Shown here: positions 1 through 9,355 of the stretch, one piece after another | Layout: the number at the start of each line of letters is the position of its first letter | Position numbering within the stretch: the first letter of the stretch is position 1 | Assembly (NCBI GenBank): GCA_964424735.1 | Contig: CAYRJU010000004.1 | Span: forward strand, 16,038 to 80,037 | Length of the DNA stretch: 64,000 nucleotides | Origin: an uncultured bacterium | Lineage (GTDB): Bacteria; Chlamydiota; Chlamydiia; Chlamydiales; SM23-39 | Direction: 5' to 3' | Translations under genes and position numbers: made by a program | Notes under the pieces: generated by a model | What the model saw: only the letters and a program-made list of their open reading frames with translations | The model's database searches: none | What the model was told of the DNA's origin: nothing

Positions 1-101
1 GAAAAAACGCTGTCATCGAAATTCTCATCGAAGGAGAGGACGCCGAACCCACGATGCAGCATTTATTGGCGGCTTTTGAAATGGAATTTGGAGAAAAATG
101 A
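1..101 (+). CDS. ptsH: HPr phosphocarrier protein, C-terminal fragment (runs off window start)
   Basis: Frame from nt 3 reads KNAVIEILIEGEDAEPTMQHLLAAFEMEFGEK*, resembling an HPr C-terminus; its TGA overlaps the ptsI ATG (ATGA). Confidence 0.8.
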   Translation, partial: KNAVIEILIEGEDAEPTMQHLLAAFEMEFGEK

Positions 102-1873
102 TGCCGAATGGCAAAGAAGAAGAGCTCATCTTGCGGGGCATCCCCATCAGTAAGGGGATCGGCATTGGTCTTCCCATTTTCTTTGCGAGTCTGGAAGATG
201 AGGTGCCCGAAGTCGCCATTCCAAAAAAAGAGATCGATATTGAAATTGATCGGTATCGAAGAGCTCTTGAAATGAGCCGTCAAGATGTCGAAACCCTTCA
301 AAAACTCTCCCGCGCAGAAGGTCCTCCTGAAATTGTCTCTATTTTGGGAACGCATCTCGAGATGATGAGGGATCCGCTTTTGACGAATGTCATCGAAGAC
401 AAAATCCGGGATATGCAGCGAAATACCGAATCGATTTTCCACAATATCATCGAGGAATACAAGATTCGCTTCAGCACCCTGAAGGATCATTATTTCCAAG
501 AAAGAGTGCGTGATATCATCGATGTTTCGAGAAGGATTTTGGGACATTTACGCCCCGTTGATCAATTGAAAATGGCAGAAGTCCCCCATAATTCGATCAT
601 TTTGACGCACGAGCTCGTCCCTTCCGAAACTGTAGAGGCAAATGCCTCTCTCGTGAGCGCTTTTGTCACGGCGGTTGGTGGGATCACTTCCCATGCGGCC
701 ATCATTGCTCGCGCGAAGGGGATTCCCTATGTGGCCAATGTCGATATCAAAGAATTAAAAAAGGCAGAGGTCCATTCGATCATCGTGGACGGCTCTCAAG
801 GCCTCGTGATCCTCAATCCTTCTCGCACCACGTTGCAAAAATATCAGGAGATGCAGCGCGAGTTCCAGCTCAGCTACAAAATGCTCAAGAGCACTTCGCA
901 CCTGAAAGGGGAGACGATCGATGGGTATGAGGTGCGAATCTTTGCCAATTTGGAAAATCCCAAAGAGATCGAGGCGTTGATCAAAGCGGGCGCTGCTGGC
1001 ATCGGTCTTTTCCGCTCGGAATATCTCTTTTTCTCTCGTAAATCTTTCCCTTCTGAAGAAGAGCAATTTGGCGTCTATAAACGGATGGTCAAAACCCTCA
1101 AAGGGCGCCCCTTAGTGGTCCGGATCTTTGATATCGGAGGGGATAAAAAGATCGATCTTCCGCTGACGAATCGAGATGCAAAATATTTCCAGACAATCGG
1201 CACCGAACCCAATCCAGCGCTTGGCTGCCGCGCCATCCGGTTTTTACTCCGCTATCCCGAGATTTTAGAAGCCCAACTCAGGGCAATCCTGCGGGCCAGT
1301 CATTTTGGGGAAATACACATCCTCGTTCCGATGGTCTCCGATCTTTCTGAAATTCGTTTCGTGAAACAAAAAGTGCAAGAGATCCAAGAGGAATTCAAAG
1401 AAAAGGGGATCAAGTGCGCCAAAGAGATTCCCATAGGCTGTATGATTGAAGTGCCGTCTGCTGCCATCATGGCCGATGCGGTTGCTGAAGAGGCCGATTT
1501 TATTTCGATTGGGACCAACGATCTCATCCAATATGTCCTCGCGGCAGATAGGGGCAATAGCCACACTGCGGAACTCTATTTTTCGATCCATCCGAGCCTC
1601 CTCAGGCTCATTCGGATGGTGATCACTTCGGCCAATCACGCCCGCAAGCCGGTCATCCTCTGTGGAGAATGCGCAGCTGATCCCACTCTGATCCCGATCC
1701 TCATTGGTCTTGGTGTGCGCGAGTTTTCCGTTGCTGCCCGCCACATTCCGCTCGTCAAGCACACGATCCGCAAGTGGCGGATCCTCGAAGCGTGCCGTCT
1801 TGCCGAAGGGGCGCTCGAACACCGCTCCGCCCTCGAACTCAAGCAATTCCTCGCGACCGAAGCTTTGCGCTAA
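98..1873 (+). CDS. ptsI: PEP-protein phosphotransferase (PTS enzyme I)
   Basis: 591 aa; GGITSHAAIIAR phospho-His motif, GIGLFRSE, DIGGDK, NPALGCRAIR, MIEVP, SIGTNDL. Confidence 0.97.
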   Translation: MMPNGKEEELILRGIPISKGIGIGLPIFFASLEDEVPEVAIPKKEIDIEIDRYRRALEMSRQDVETLQKLSRAEGPPEIVSILGTHLEMMRDPLLTNVIEDKIRDMQRNTESIFHNIIEEYKIRFSTLKDHYFQERVRDIIDVSRRILGHLRPVDQLKMAEVPHNSIILTHELVPSETVEANASLVSAFVTAVGGITSHAAIIARAKGIPYVANVDIKELKKAEVHSIIVDGSQGLVILNPSRTTLQKYQEMQREFQLSYKMLKSTSHLKGETIDGYEVRIFANLENPKEIEALIKAGAAGIGLFRSEYLFFSRKSFPSEEEQFGVYKRMVKTLKGRPLVVRIFDIGGDKKIDLPLTNRDAKYFQTIGTEPNPALGCRAIRFLLRYPEILEAQLRAILRASHFGEIHILVPMVSDLSEIRFVKQKVQEIQEEFKEKGIKCAKEIPIGCMIEVPSAAIMADAVAEEADFISIGTNDLIQYVLAADRGNSHTAELYFSIHPSLLRLIRMVITSANHARKPVILCGECAADPTLIPILIGLGVREFSVAARHIPLVKHTIRKWRILEACRLAEGALEHRSALELKQFLATEALR

Positions 1874-1924
1874 ATCTTTTATCGTTCGGAGAACAAAAGT
1901 CTACTGTCGAATGGATAGGTTCAT

Positions 1925-2194
1925 TCATCTAAACAAATCTGAATGGGTTCCAGTTCTGAGTAAGATGATGTTATATTCATCGGTTTTAAAGATGAGTAGC
2001 CAATCCGGTTCAATATGCAATTCATGACAATTTTTGAAATCTCCAGCAAGCTGATGGAGTCGATGCTTTGGAGGAATTTCCTCTCTGTTTTGCAGCATGC
2101 GCACAATGGATAAAAGCTTGTCTTTCTTTTTTCCTCTTTTCTGAGCCAACTTGAATTCTCTTTTGAATTCATTTGTGAAAATGATTGTTTTCAA
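1925..2194 (-). CDS. yafQ: YafQ-family (RelE superfamily) mRNA interferase toxin
   Basis: 89 aa; H-x-L-x-G, ELHIEPDWLLIF and RTGTHSDLF motifs typical of YafQ. Confidence 0.9.
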   Translation of the reverse strand: MKTIIFTNEFKREFKLAQKRGKKKDKLLSIVRMLQNREEIPPKHRLHQLAGDFKNCHELHIEPDWLLIFKTDEYNIILLRTGTHSDLFR

Positions 2195-2481
2195 TCCAAC
2201 CCAAGCTTGTTGATAAAGTCATCGAAATCGTTGCATTTGACGAGATTTTCTCCTTTTTCAGCTTTACGGATAATCTCAATAGTTTTGGCATTTGGCTTAT
2301 GCATTTTTTCATCAATGCATTCAATGATTAAATCTTGTAGAGTTGTACCTTGTATTGCTGCAATAGCTTTGAGCCTCTTATGCTCTTCGGGTAAGAGGTC
2401 GATAGTTACTCTTGTCTTTTTACGCCTAATAATAGGTCTTCGCTTTAGAGGTCTTCTTGTTTTGCGTTTCACATTTACCAT
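2191..2481 (-). CDS. Antitoxin, RHH-type (RelB/DinJ-like C-terminus)
   Basis: 96 aa directly upstream of and overlapping the toxin by 4 nt; RHH-like RVTIDLLPEEHKRLKAIAA; PNAKT and FDDFINKL tail. Confidence 0.8.
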   Translation of the reverse strand: MVNVKRKTRRPLKRRPIIRRKKTRVTIDLLPEEHKRLKAIAAIQGTTLQDLIIECIDEKMHKPNAKTIEIIRKAEKGENLVKCNDFDDFINKLGLD

Positions 2482-2498
2482 GTGTTTCTCCTATGGGA

Positions 2499-2550
2499 TC
2501 ATGATCTCATCATATCATGACGAAATTTAACAACTCAAGAAATTTACTTG
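2499..2550 (-). promoter_or_regulatory. TA operon promoter with operator palindrome
   Basis: Minus strand TTGAGT-N18-TATGAT; inverted repeat TCATGAT-N8-ATCATGA (2499-2520) overlaps the -10 box; AGGAG upstream of the ATG. Confidence 0.55.
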
Positions 2551-2590
2551 GATTTTTGAGTGATTATTGGGATAACTGCTGCCTGTCCAA

Positions 2591-2893
2591 TTAGGAAAAG
2601 AGGTTGCCAAGACCGCTGGGAAGGCCGGGCATAGAGGGTGTTTGATCCTCGATTTTGGAGGCGGCATCTTCGAAGGCGCCGATGATGAGATCTTGGAGTC
2701 CTTCTACATCGCTTAACGCTTCGGGCTTGATGACAATTTTCTTCAGCTCTTTGGCGCCATTGAGGGTGAGGGTGACAAGACCATTGCCTGCACTGCCCTG
2801 GACGAAGGTAGTTTCCATTTTGTCTTTGGCCTGACTAAACTGCTCTTGCATCAGTCTTGCCTGTTTTTTCATCTTGGAAAATCCACTACCCAT
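2591..2893 (-). CDS. ybaB: YbaB/EbfC nucleoid-associated protein
   Basis: MGSGFSKMKKQARLMQEQ, GSAGNGLV, DVEGLQDLI; immediately downstream of dnaX. Confidence 0.92.
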   Translation of the reverse strand: MGSGFSKMKKQARLMQEQFSQAKDKMETTFVQGSAGNGLVTLTLNGAKELKKIVIKPEALSDVEGLQDLIIGAFEDAASKIEDQTPSMPGLPSGLGNLFS

Positions 2894-2904
2894 ATTGTGT
2901 AACC

Positions 2905-4374
2905 TTAATTTTTTACTGTTCCTTCAAACTCAACGGCCGCAAACCGGATGATCGTATCATAATGGCTTTGGTGTTTTTGCGCTATCAACGGTTTGGGTTC
3001 CTCTGGAGGCGCCTTAAACGGATTGAACGGCACCGGTTTGAGTTCGGGAGATTGTAAAGTTTCTACTTTAGGCGGCTCGGGAGGGGGCAAAGGCAAATTG
3101 ACAGGTTTTAGGAGAGGAGGCGCCTTGAATTCGGGAACAACAGGGATTGGTACCGGTTTGAGTTCAGGAGTGGGTAAAGTTTCTATAGGTTTTGGGAGAG
3201 GAGGAGCTTTGAATTCGGGGAGAACGGGTTTAGGGGGTGGTTCGATTTTCTCGGGAAGGGGGGAAAGTTCTAGTTTATCTGCGTGGTCGGTCAGATGGCG
3301 CACCAACACTTCGATGGGGATCCGGTTTTTGCTTCGGATGATCTGGAGGAGAATCGATTCGAGAGCGATGCGCTGAAAGACGCTTTTTTGAAAGCTGCTT
3401 TCGGCTTGAATGAGAGTATCGAGGATGTAGAGCGCTTGGGGCTGCGTATAGAGTTTTCCTTCGGGCAGGTGATTGCACTTTGCATGGACGATATTGCGAT
3501 AGTGTTCGATGAGTTGCTCGAAAAAGTGGGCGAGATCTTTTCCCGTTTGAGAGAGCTTTTCGACGAGCTCGAAGGCAAAGGGAAGATGGCAGGCCGCAAA
3601 GGCTTGATCCAGAGATTCAAAGATCTCTTTGGGAGCAAGTCCGAGCGTTTGTCTCACAATGGCAGCGGTGATCGTTTCTTCGGAAAAACAGAGAATTTGA
3701 TCGAGGAGTGATTCTGCATCGCGAAGGCTTCCTTCCGAAAAGACGGCAATGAGTTCGAGGGCCTCTTTTTCGACAGGACGCGATAGATCGTTGGCAATTT
3801 CGCCGAGTTTTTGGACGATAAGCGCATTCGAGATGCGGGAGAGATCGAACCTCTGACAGCGGCTGATGATGGTCGGCAGCACTTTATGGGCCTCTGTCGT
3901 GGCAAAGAAGAACTTGGCCTGCTCCGGTGGCTCTTCGAGGGTTTTCAAAAGGGCGTTGAACGCCTCTTTGGTGAGCATGTGCACTTCGTCGATGATGTAG
4001 ATCTTGTATTTCCCGTGACTCGGCGCATAGCCCACAGTTTCATTGATTTGCCTGATATCGTCGATTCCGCGGTTCGAAGCGCCGTCGATTTCGATCACGT
4101 CGAGCGATTGCCCGGCCGCAATTTCTAGGCAAGAAGGGCATTGGTTACAAGGCTCGAAGTCAGGGGTGAGGGCTTGGCAATTGAGGGCTTTGGCAAAGAG
4201 ACGGGCGAGCGTCGTTTTCCCTATGCCCCGCGAGCCGCAAAAGAGATAGGCATTCGCAATCTTAGAAAAGCGAATGGCGTTCTTCAGAGTGATGACTGCC
4301 GCCTCTTGGCCGACAACGTCTCGAAAGGTTTGGGGCCGGTATTTGCGGGCAAGAACCTGGTATCTTTTTGCCAT
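2905..4374 (-). CDS. dnaX: DNA polymerase III subunit gamma/tau
   Basis: LARKYRPQTF, GSRGIGKT Walker A, PCNQCPSC zinc motif, IIDEVHML, SRCQRF. Confidence 0.97.
   Translation of the reverse strand: MAKRYQVLARKYRPQTFRDVVGQEAAVITLKNAIRFSKIANAYLFCGSRGIGKTTLARLFAKALNCQALTPDFEPCNQCPSCLEIAAGQSLDVIEIDGASNRGIDDIRQINETVGYAPSHGKYKIYIIDEVHMLTKEAFNALLKTLEEPPEQAKFFFATTEAHKVLPTIISRCQRFDLSRISNALIVQKLGEIANDLSRPVEKEALELIAVFSEGSLRDAESLLDQILCFSEETITAAIVRQTLGLAPKEIFESLDQAFAACHLPFAFELVEKLSQTGKDLAHFFEQLIEHYRNIVHAKCNHLPEGKLYTQPQALYILDTLIQAESSFQKSVFQRIALESILLQIIRSKNRIPIEVLVRHLTDHADKLELSPLPEKIEPPPKPVLPEFKAPPLPKPIETLPTPELKPVPIPVVPEFKAPPLLKPVNLPLPPPEPPKVETLQSPELKPVPFNPFKAPPEEPKPLIAQKHQSHYDTIIRFAAVEFEGTVKN
3030..3235 (-). 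repeat. Duplicated Pro-rich linker modules inside dnaX
   Basis: PEFKAPPL(P/L)KP twice and ETL(P/Q)(T/S)PELKPVP twice; DNA-level repeats accggtttgagttc, gtaaagtttcta and ggagaggagg..ttgaattcggga. Confidence 0.8.
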
Positions 4375-4394
4375 AGTATGGTAATATTAAGAGT

Positions 4395-6509
4395 ATGAAC
4401 AAAAATTGGCAAGAGTGGCTGAAGGTCAATGATCGTGGCTGGCGACTCTTTGTGGGTTTTATTTGCGTCGTCTTCCTCGCCCTTTTCTTGCATTTTCGCG
4501 AAGTGCGGCTCGAGGTGCTAGAGGTCAATACGAGCGCTAAGAGATTCGTGGTCGCTCAGATCGATTTTGAATTCCCCGATTACGAGACGACGATCGTTTT
4601 AAAAAATCAGGCAAGCCAAGACATTGGCGCGATTTACCAGATCGATGAGAGGCAAATCCGCGAGACCCGTCTCAAGATGGAGCAGGATCTCTTCCGCAAT
4701 CGAAATTGGCGCTCCTCCGTTCCGACAGCCACTTTTGAAGAGATGTACAAGGCCTCAGATCAGATCGAAACGCTTCTCTTAGAAGCCAGGTTCACAGACC
4801 TGCGAACCATTCAAAAAATTCGGGAACTCAACTCTTCTGCCTCCTCCTATTTTGAATACATCCCCTCTCAAATCGATGAGCCCGCGCAGCTCTCCCGAGA
4901 GTTTTGGCAAAAAATCGCCTCTCAAATTGAAGAGAGCGGCACCTTTCATAAAGAGACCATCGATTATCTGACCCAATCTTTTGAAGGGAAATCTTGGACT
5001 TTTCAAAGAGATGCTGTTTTAGAAAAGACGTTGCAGACACAATCAATGCGTCTTGTCCCCGAGAAAATGACCAAAGTGCAAGCAGGGACTCGGATCATCA
5101 ATCCCGGGGATCTCGTCACATCTCGCCACGTGACGATGCTGAAGGCGATGAAACAGGCGATCTCGGAAAGTAGAAAAATCTGGGATCCTCTCAATATCCT
5201 CGCAAGCGTGATCCTCTCGATCATTTTTGTCACCGTTAGCGGACTCTATTTTCGAATCAGTCAGCCTCAGTTTATCCGCTCTTTTCGAGAAACATCTCTT
5301 TTTATCTGCATCGTCATTTTGACGCTCATCTTTGCAAAGTTGATCGAATATATTTTACTCAAGAGCTCTTCCGATCTCATCGAACAGGTGAGCTATCCGA
5401 TCGTTGCTCCTTTTGCAACGATCTTGATTTGCATCCTCTTATCGCCACGAACAGCCCTTTTTGCCGCGACGTTCCTCTCGATCCTCCTCGCCGTGAGTCT
5501 CGCTTTTGATCACAGCCACTTTTTGATCCTCAATCTCGTGACCTCCATCGTCGTCATCATCAGCTCAAAAGGCCTTCGGAAGCGCAAAGAGGTCTTCAAT
5601 GTCTGCATCAAATCGTGGCTCAGCTCCCTTCCCGTTCTCTATGCCTTTACGCTCTCTGAAAATCAGATCGCTTCTTACCCCCTACTCATCAATGCAGGGG
5701 CAAGTTTTGCCTTTTTGATGATCACAGCGATTCTCGTCGTTGGGCTATTGCCTTTACTCGAGACGATATTTGGCGTCTTGACCGATATGACGCTCATGGA
5801 ATTCACCGATCCGGGGAGCGATCTGTTGCGCAGGTTTGCCGTCGAAGTTCCTGGAACTTACCAACATAGCCTCGTACTCGGCAATCTTGCCGAAATTTGC
5901 GCCCAATCGATTGGGGCAAATGGTCTATTTTGCCGGGCCGCTACGCTCTATCACGATATTGGTAAGATGAATAACCCCCAGTTCTATACGGAAAATCAGC
6001 AAGGAGCGGTCAATATCCATCAACTCCTCACACCCCTCGAGTCGGCGCAAGTGATCATCTCTCACGTCACGGATGGCGAAGCCATTGCCCGAAAAGCCCA
6101 CTTGCCACAAGCCTTCATCGACATCATTCGAGAACACCATGGAACGACTCTCGTCTATTATTTTTACCGCAAACAGCTCGAATTGAAGGGGAATCGACCC
6201 GAAGAGGTCGATGAATCGCAATTCCGCTATCCGGGGCCAAAACCTCGGACCAAGGAATCGGCTATCATCATGATTTGCGATAGTATGGAAGCGGCTACCC
6301 GCTCTCTTGAAGAGATCACGGAAGAGACGCTGACAGAGCTCGTCAATCGGCTCGTCGTCGAAAAAGAGGAAGATGGGCAGCTCGACAATTGTCAGCTGAC
6401 CTTTGAGGAGCTGGCCCGGGTCAAGAAAACGCTGGTCAAAACTCTTCTCTTATCGCACCACGTCCGAGTCAAGTACCCCAAAAAAGAGCGCCCTCCCAGT
6501 CAACACTGA
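4395..6509 (+). CDS. 7TM-HD membrane phosphohydrolase (PgpH/YqfF-like, putative c-di-AMP phosphodiesterase)
   Basis: N-terminal TM, soluble domain, about 7 TM helices, then PGTYQHS, YHDIGK, FYTENQ, EHHGT, FRYPGPKP. Confidence 0.88.
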   Translation: MNKNWQEWLKVNDRGWRLFVGFICVVFLALFLHFREVRLEVLEVNTSAKRFVVAQIDFEFPDYETTIVLKNQASQDIGAIYQIDERQIRETRLKMEQDLFRNRNWRSSVPTATFEEMYKASDQIETLLLEARFTDLRTIQKIRELNSSASSYFEYIPSQIDEPAQLSREFWQKIASQIEESGTFHKETIDYLTQSFEGKSWTFQRDAVLEKTLQTQSMRLVPEKMTKVQAGTRIINPGDLVTSRHVTMLKAMKQAISESRKIWDPLNILASVILSIIFVTVSGLYFRISQPQFIRSFRETSLFICIVILTLIFAKLIEYILLKSSSDLIEQVSYPIVAPFATILICILLSPRTALFAATFLSILLAVSLAFDHSHFLILNLVTSIVVIISSKGLRKRKEVFNVCIKSWLSSLPVLYAFTLSENQIASYPLLINAGASFAFLMITAILVVGLLPLLETIFGVLTDMTLMEFTDPGSDLLRRFAVEVPGTYQHSLVLGNLAEICAQSIGANGLFCRAATLYHDIGKMNNPQFYTENQQGAVNIHQLLTPLESAQVIISHVTDGEAIARKAHLPQAFIDIIREHHGTTLVYYFYRKQLELKGNRPEEVDESQFRYPGPKPRTKESAIIMICDSMEAATRSLEEITEETLTELVNRLVVEKEEDGQLDNCQLTFEELARVKKTLVKTLLLSHHVRVKYPKKERPPSQH

Positions 6510-6527
6510 AAGAAGAATAAGAAGACA

Positions 6528-6596
6528 TAATTCAACATGTCGGGGACAAAGCGGATCGCCCCGTTTCGGGGCGTATCCGCTTTGTCCCCGACATGT
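6528..6596. repeat. Hairpin repeat family A, copy 1
   Basis: 22-bp arms ACATGTCGGGGACAAAGCGGAT / ATCCGCTTTGTCCCCGACATGT around an inner CGCCCCG-TTT-CGGGGCG stem; between convergent genes. Confidence 0.9.
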
Positions 6597-6636
6597 CTAT
6601 CTATAAGGATTAAACACTCTTATCTACTATCCGATA

Positions 6637-8508
6637 TTAGGGGGTTTTGAAGAGGTGTTTGAATGCTTCGCCGAATTCTTGCTGGATCCATGCGTTCACA
6701 TCTCCTGCAAGTGGCGTGGCTTTGTCCTCTTTGGTTCTGAGCGATACGATCTTCAACTGCTTGTCTTCAAAGACCTGATTTCGATTCGAAAATTGGGCGA
6801 TCAGCTTGTTTTTCCCATTCTGAATCGAAAATTCATAGGGGGTATTGCCGGCATTGAAACGGGTTGTCACGGTGTAGGGAAAGGGAGATTCTCGGAAGAT
6901 GGAGTGTCCTTCGAGAAAGGCAAAGCTCTTGCCCGCTAAATAATCGATCACCGAGGGAAAAATGTCGATTTGCGAAATGGTTTGAGGAAAAACCCGTTTT
7001 GGCATGCCGCTTCCAAACTTGAGAAAGAGAGGGATGTGGATCTGCTCTTGGGTCAAATGGGAATTGTGAAAGAGATGTCCATGATCGAAAAATTCTTCCC
7101 CATGATCCCCGGTGAAAATGACGATGGCCTCCTCCTCAACTTGATCGAGAAAACGGCCAAAGAGATGATCCATATAGTTCACTGCGCTGTGATAGCGATT
7201 TCGAATCGCTTGAATGGTCTTTTCCGATTGAATCATTCGAAAGTAGGTAAATTCTTGGGCAAACGGAGTGAATTTGGGACTCCAACTTTTAGGCCAGTTG
7301 TAATTGAAGTGGGTGCAGTCCCAAAAGACGATAAAAATTTGCCCTTCTCGATATTCCGGGTGCTCTTTGAGATCTTGTTGGAGTTTGGCAAGCGCGGCCT
7401 TGTCTGAATCGGCGGCAGATTCTGGAGGCGCGTGGTGAAAGGTTTGTTTACTATCGAGAAGATAGGCTTTTTGGCCAAAGAGAAGCTCCTCCATTCCATA
7501 ATAAGAGAGCTGGGCCGATGAGTAGAGCCTTACCTGGTAGCCCCATTTTTTGAGGAGTTTTAAAACGGGGCTTCCCATCTTCCGCTCCGTTTGGAATTGT
7601 TTCCAGTAAAAGGGATGTTGCGAATGAAAGATCGAAAACCAAGAGAGATGGGTCCCGTTTCCAGATGCGATTGCCTGATCGAAGAAAAAGGCTTTTTCTT
7701 TAAATTGAGAAAGATGGGGAGCAATGGCAGGTGTGATGCAATCTTCTCGAAGACTTTCCGTAATGAACAGATAGATGTTGGGTTTTTTGGCTAAAACCGT
7801 TTGATCTTGTGCCAAATCCTTTTCGATCTCCTTTTCTCGTGCGGGGTTTTTAAGAGAATCGGGAAGGTTGAGAAGGGCATTTTGAGGCTGTAAAAAGGTG
7901 CGCTTCCAAGGAAGCGATGTGCAAAAAGCGGTATAGGCATCGGGTTCAATGACGTGAGAGGCTGAAAAATCCCATAAGAAAAGGGCAACGGGTACGCACA
8001 GCGCAATCTGGAGAAAATGGGTAGGAGAAAGGGCGAATTTCCATTTTTGAACAATTTTATCGGTCATGTGGTAGAAAAAAATTCCCAGGAAAGGAAGGGC
8101 TGTTAAAAAGGCGAAGAAGAGTAGCCAAACCCAGAACGAAATGCCCGATGCATCGAGAAGATAGAAGAAATTTTCAAAACTTTCTTGCAAGACGAAGATG
8201 CGAAATGCTTCCCAAACGGAAAGATCGAGGATTCGGTCCATGAGATAATCAAAGATGTGAATGAAGACGGCAAAGAAAGTGAGGCCAATGAAGAGTTTAG
8301 CTGCTATTTTCCCGACATATTTTTGAAGGAGGACAGGGATCAGAATGAGAAAGGCCATTTCGACGAGAATCTGCCCTAAAGCATAGAGGAAAAAGAAGAG
8401 GGAAGAGCCCCCCAAACTCTCTTTGGTGAAGATACTACTCGTAGAAAGGAGGACGAGAAGCAAAAAATAAAGACCGAAATAGAGGATATTGACCCTGGAA
8501 GTCTCCAT
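6637..8508 (-). CDS. Membrane sulfatase-like hydrolase/transferase (YejM/PbgA-like)
   Basis: 5 N-terminal TMs, then KPNIYLFITESLR, SGNGT, TGDHGEEF, HIPL, SQIDIFPS. Confidence 0.8.
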   Translation of the reverse strand: METSRVNILYFGLYFLLLVLLSTSSIFTKESLGGSSLFFFLYALGQILVEMAFLILIPVLLQKYVGKIAAKLFIGLTFFAVFIHIFDYLMDRILDLSVWEAFRIFVLQESFENFFYLLDASGISFWVWLLFFAFLTALPFLGIFFYHMTDKIVQKWKFALSPTHFLQIALCVPVALFLWDFSASHVIEPDAYTAFCTSLPWKRTFLQPQNALLNLPDSLKNPAREKEIEKDLAQDQTVLAKKPNIYLFITESLREDCITPAIAPHLSQFKEKAFFFDQAIASGNGTHLSWFSIFHSQHPFYWKQFQTERKMGSPVLKLLKKWGYQVRLYSSAQLSYYGMEELLFGQKAYLLDSKQTFHHAPPESAADSDKAALAKLQQDLKEHPEYREGQIFIVFWDCTHFNYNWPKSWSPKFTPFAQEFTYFRMIQSEKTIQAIRNRYHSAVNYMDHLFGRFLDQVEEEAIVIFTGDHGEEFFDHGHLFHNSHLTQEQIHIPLFLKFGSGMPKRVFPQTISQIDIFPSVIDYLAGKSFAFLEGHSIFRESPFPYTVTTRFNAGNTPYEFSIQNGKNKLIAQFSNRNQVFEDKQLKIVSLRTKEDKATPLAGDVNAWIQQEFGEAFKHLFKTP

Positions 8509-8543
8509 ACTTTTTCTATAACTGAAGTGTAAAATATGGGAGA

Positions 8544-9227
8544 ATGGAAAAAATGGATTGGATACATTCTTTTGATCTTTTTCTCTTCGATTTCGATGGC
8601 TTGCTCGTCAAAACTGAACATCTTCACTATCAAGCTTATATCAATATGTTGGCCAGGAGGGGCTATAAGACAACCTTGAGTCTTTCCCATTTTTTTGAGC
8701 TCGCCCATTTTAGCTCCAGTGCTTGGAAAGAGGCGCTCTATGCCGATATTCCCGATTTGGACCCCAACTGGCAACTTCTCTATGAAGAGAAGAAGCAAAA
8801 CTATCTCGAGCTCGTCATTTCTGGAAAAGTGGAACTCATGCCGGGGGTGGAAAAGCTCCTCAAAGCCCTAGAAAAAAACCATCTACGCAGATGTGTAGTG
8901 ACGCATTCTTCTAAGCCTCACGTCGATCTCATCCGTGCACAAATGCCAATTCTTCAGACGCTTCCGCATTGGATCACGCGGGAAGATTACGAAAAGCCGA
9001 AGCCAGACCCTGAATGCTATTTAAAGGCGCTCATGCTCTATGGAAAACCGGGGGATCGGATCGTTGGCTTTGAGGATAGTTTGAGGGGGCTCAAAGCTTT
9101 AAGGCAAACTCCCGCTTTACCCATTCTCATCTGTCCCAAACACCATCCGCTCCTCTCGATCGCTCTCGAAGAGGGAGGCATACATTTTGAGTCTCTATCG
9201 GATATTTCCTTTAACGCCAAGTTTTAG
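8544..9227 (+). CDS. HAD-family phosphatase
   Basis: LFDFDGLLVKTE motif I, VVTHS, KPKPDPECY, GFEDS. Confidence 0.92.
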   Translation: MEKMDWIHSFDLFLFDFDGLLVKTEHLHYQAYINMLARRGYKTTLSLSHFFELAHFSSSAWKEALYADIPDLDPNWQLLYEEKKQNYLELVISGKVELMPGVEKLLKALEKNHLRRCVVTHSSKPHVDLIRAQMPILQTLPHWITREDYEKPKPDPECYLKALMLYGKPGDRIVGFEDSLRGLKALRQTPALPILICPKHHPLLSIALEEGGIHFESLSDISFNAKF

Positions 9228-9355
9228 AAGGGAACAGGATCTACAGGATCGTAAACGGCAGGATAAGAAGGATATTGCTCTTTCTTGAATTCCAATTTCC
9301 TCATTTTTTCCTGCGAATCCTTGCCACTTGTGATCCTGTAAATCCTGTTTTCCTC
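9227..9355. mobile_element. MITE-like palindromic element (CAGGAT-repeat type), 129 bp
   Basis: Arms AACAGGATCTACAGGATC / GATCCTGTAAATCCTGTT; TTA at 9224-9226 and 9356-9358; core shared with 47237-47385. Confidence 0.75.

Noticed and set aside
2993-3711. Gly-rich and other plus-strand ORFs opposite dnaX
   Set aside because: Antisense shadows of the Pro-rich dnaX linker; the same applies to most short track ORFs opposite core genes
2905-4374. Programmed -1 frameshift generating a gamma subunit
   Set aside because: No A-AAA-AAG slippery site with downstream hairpin was found by eye
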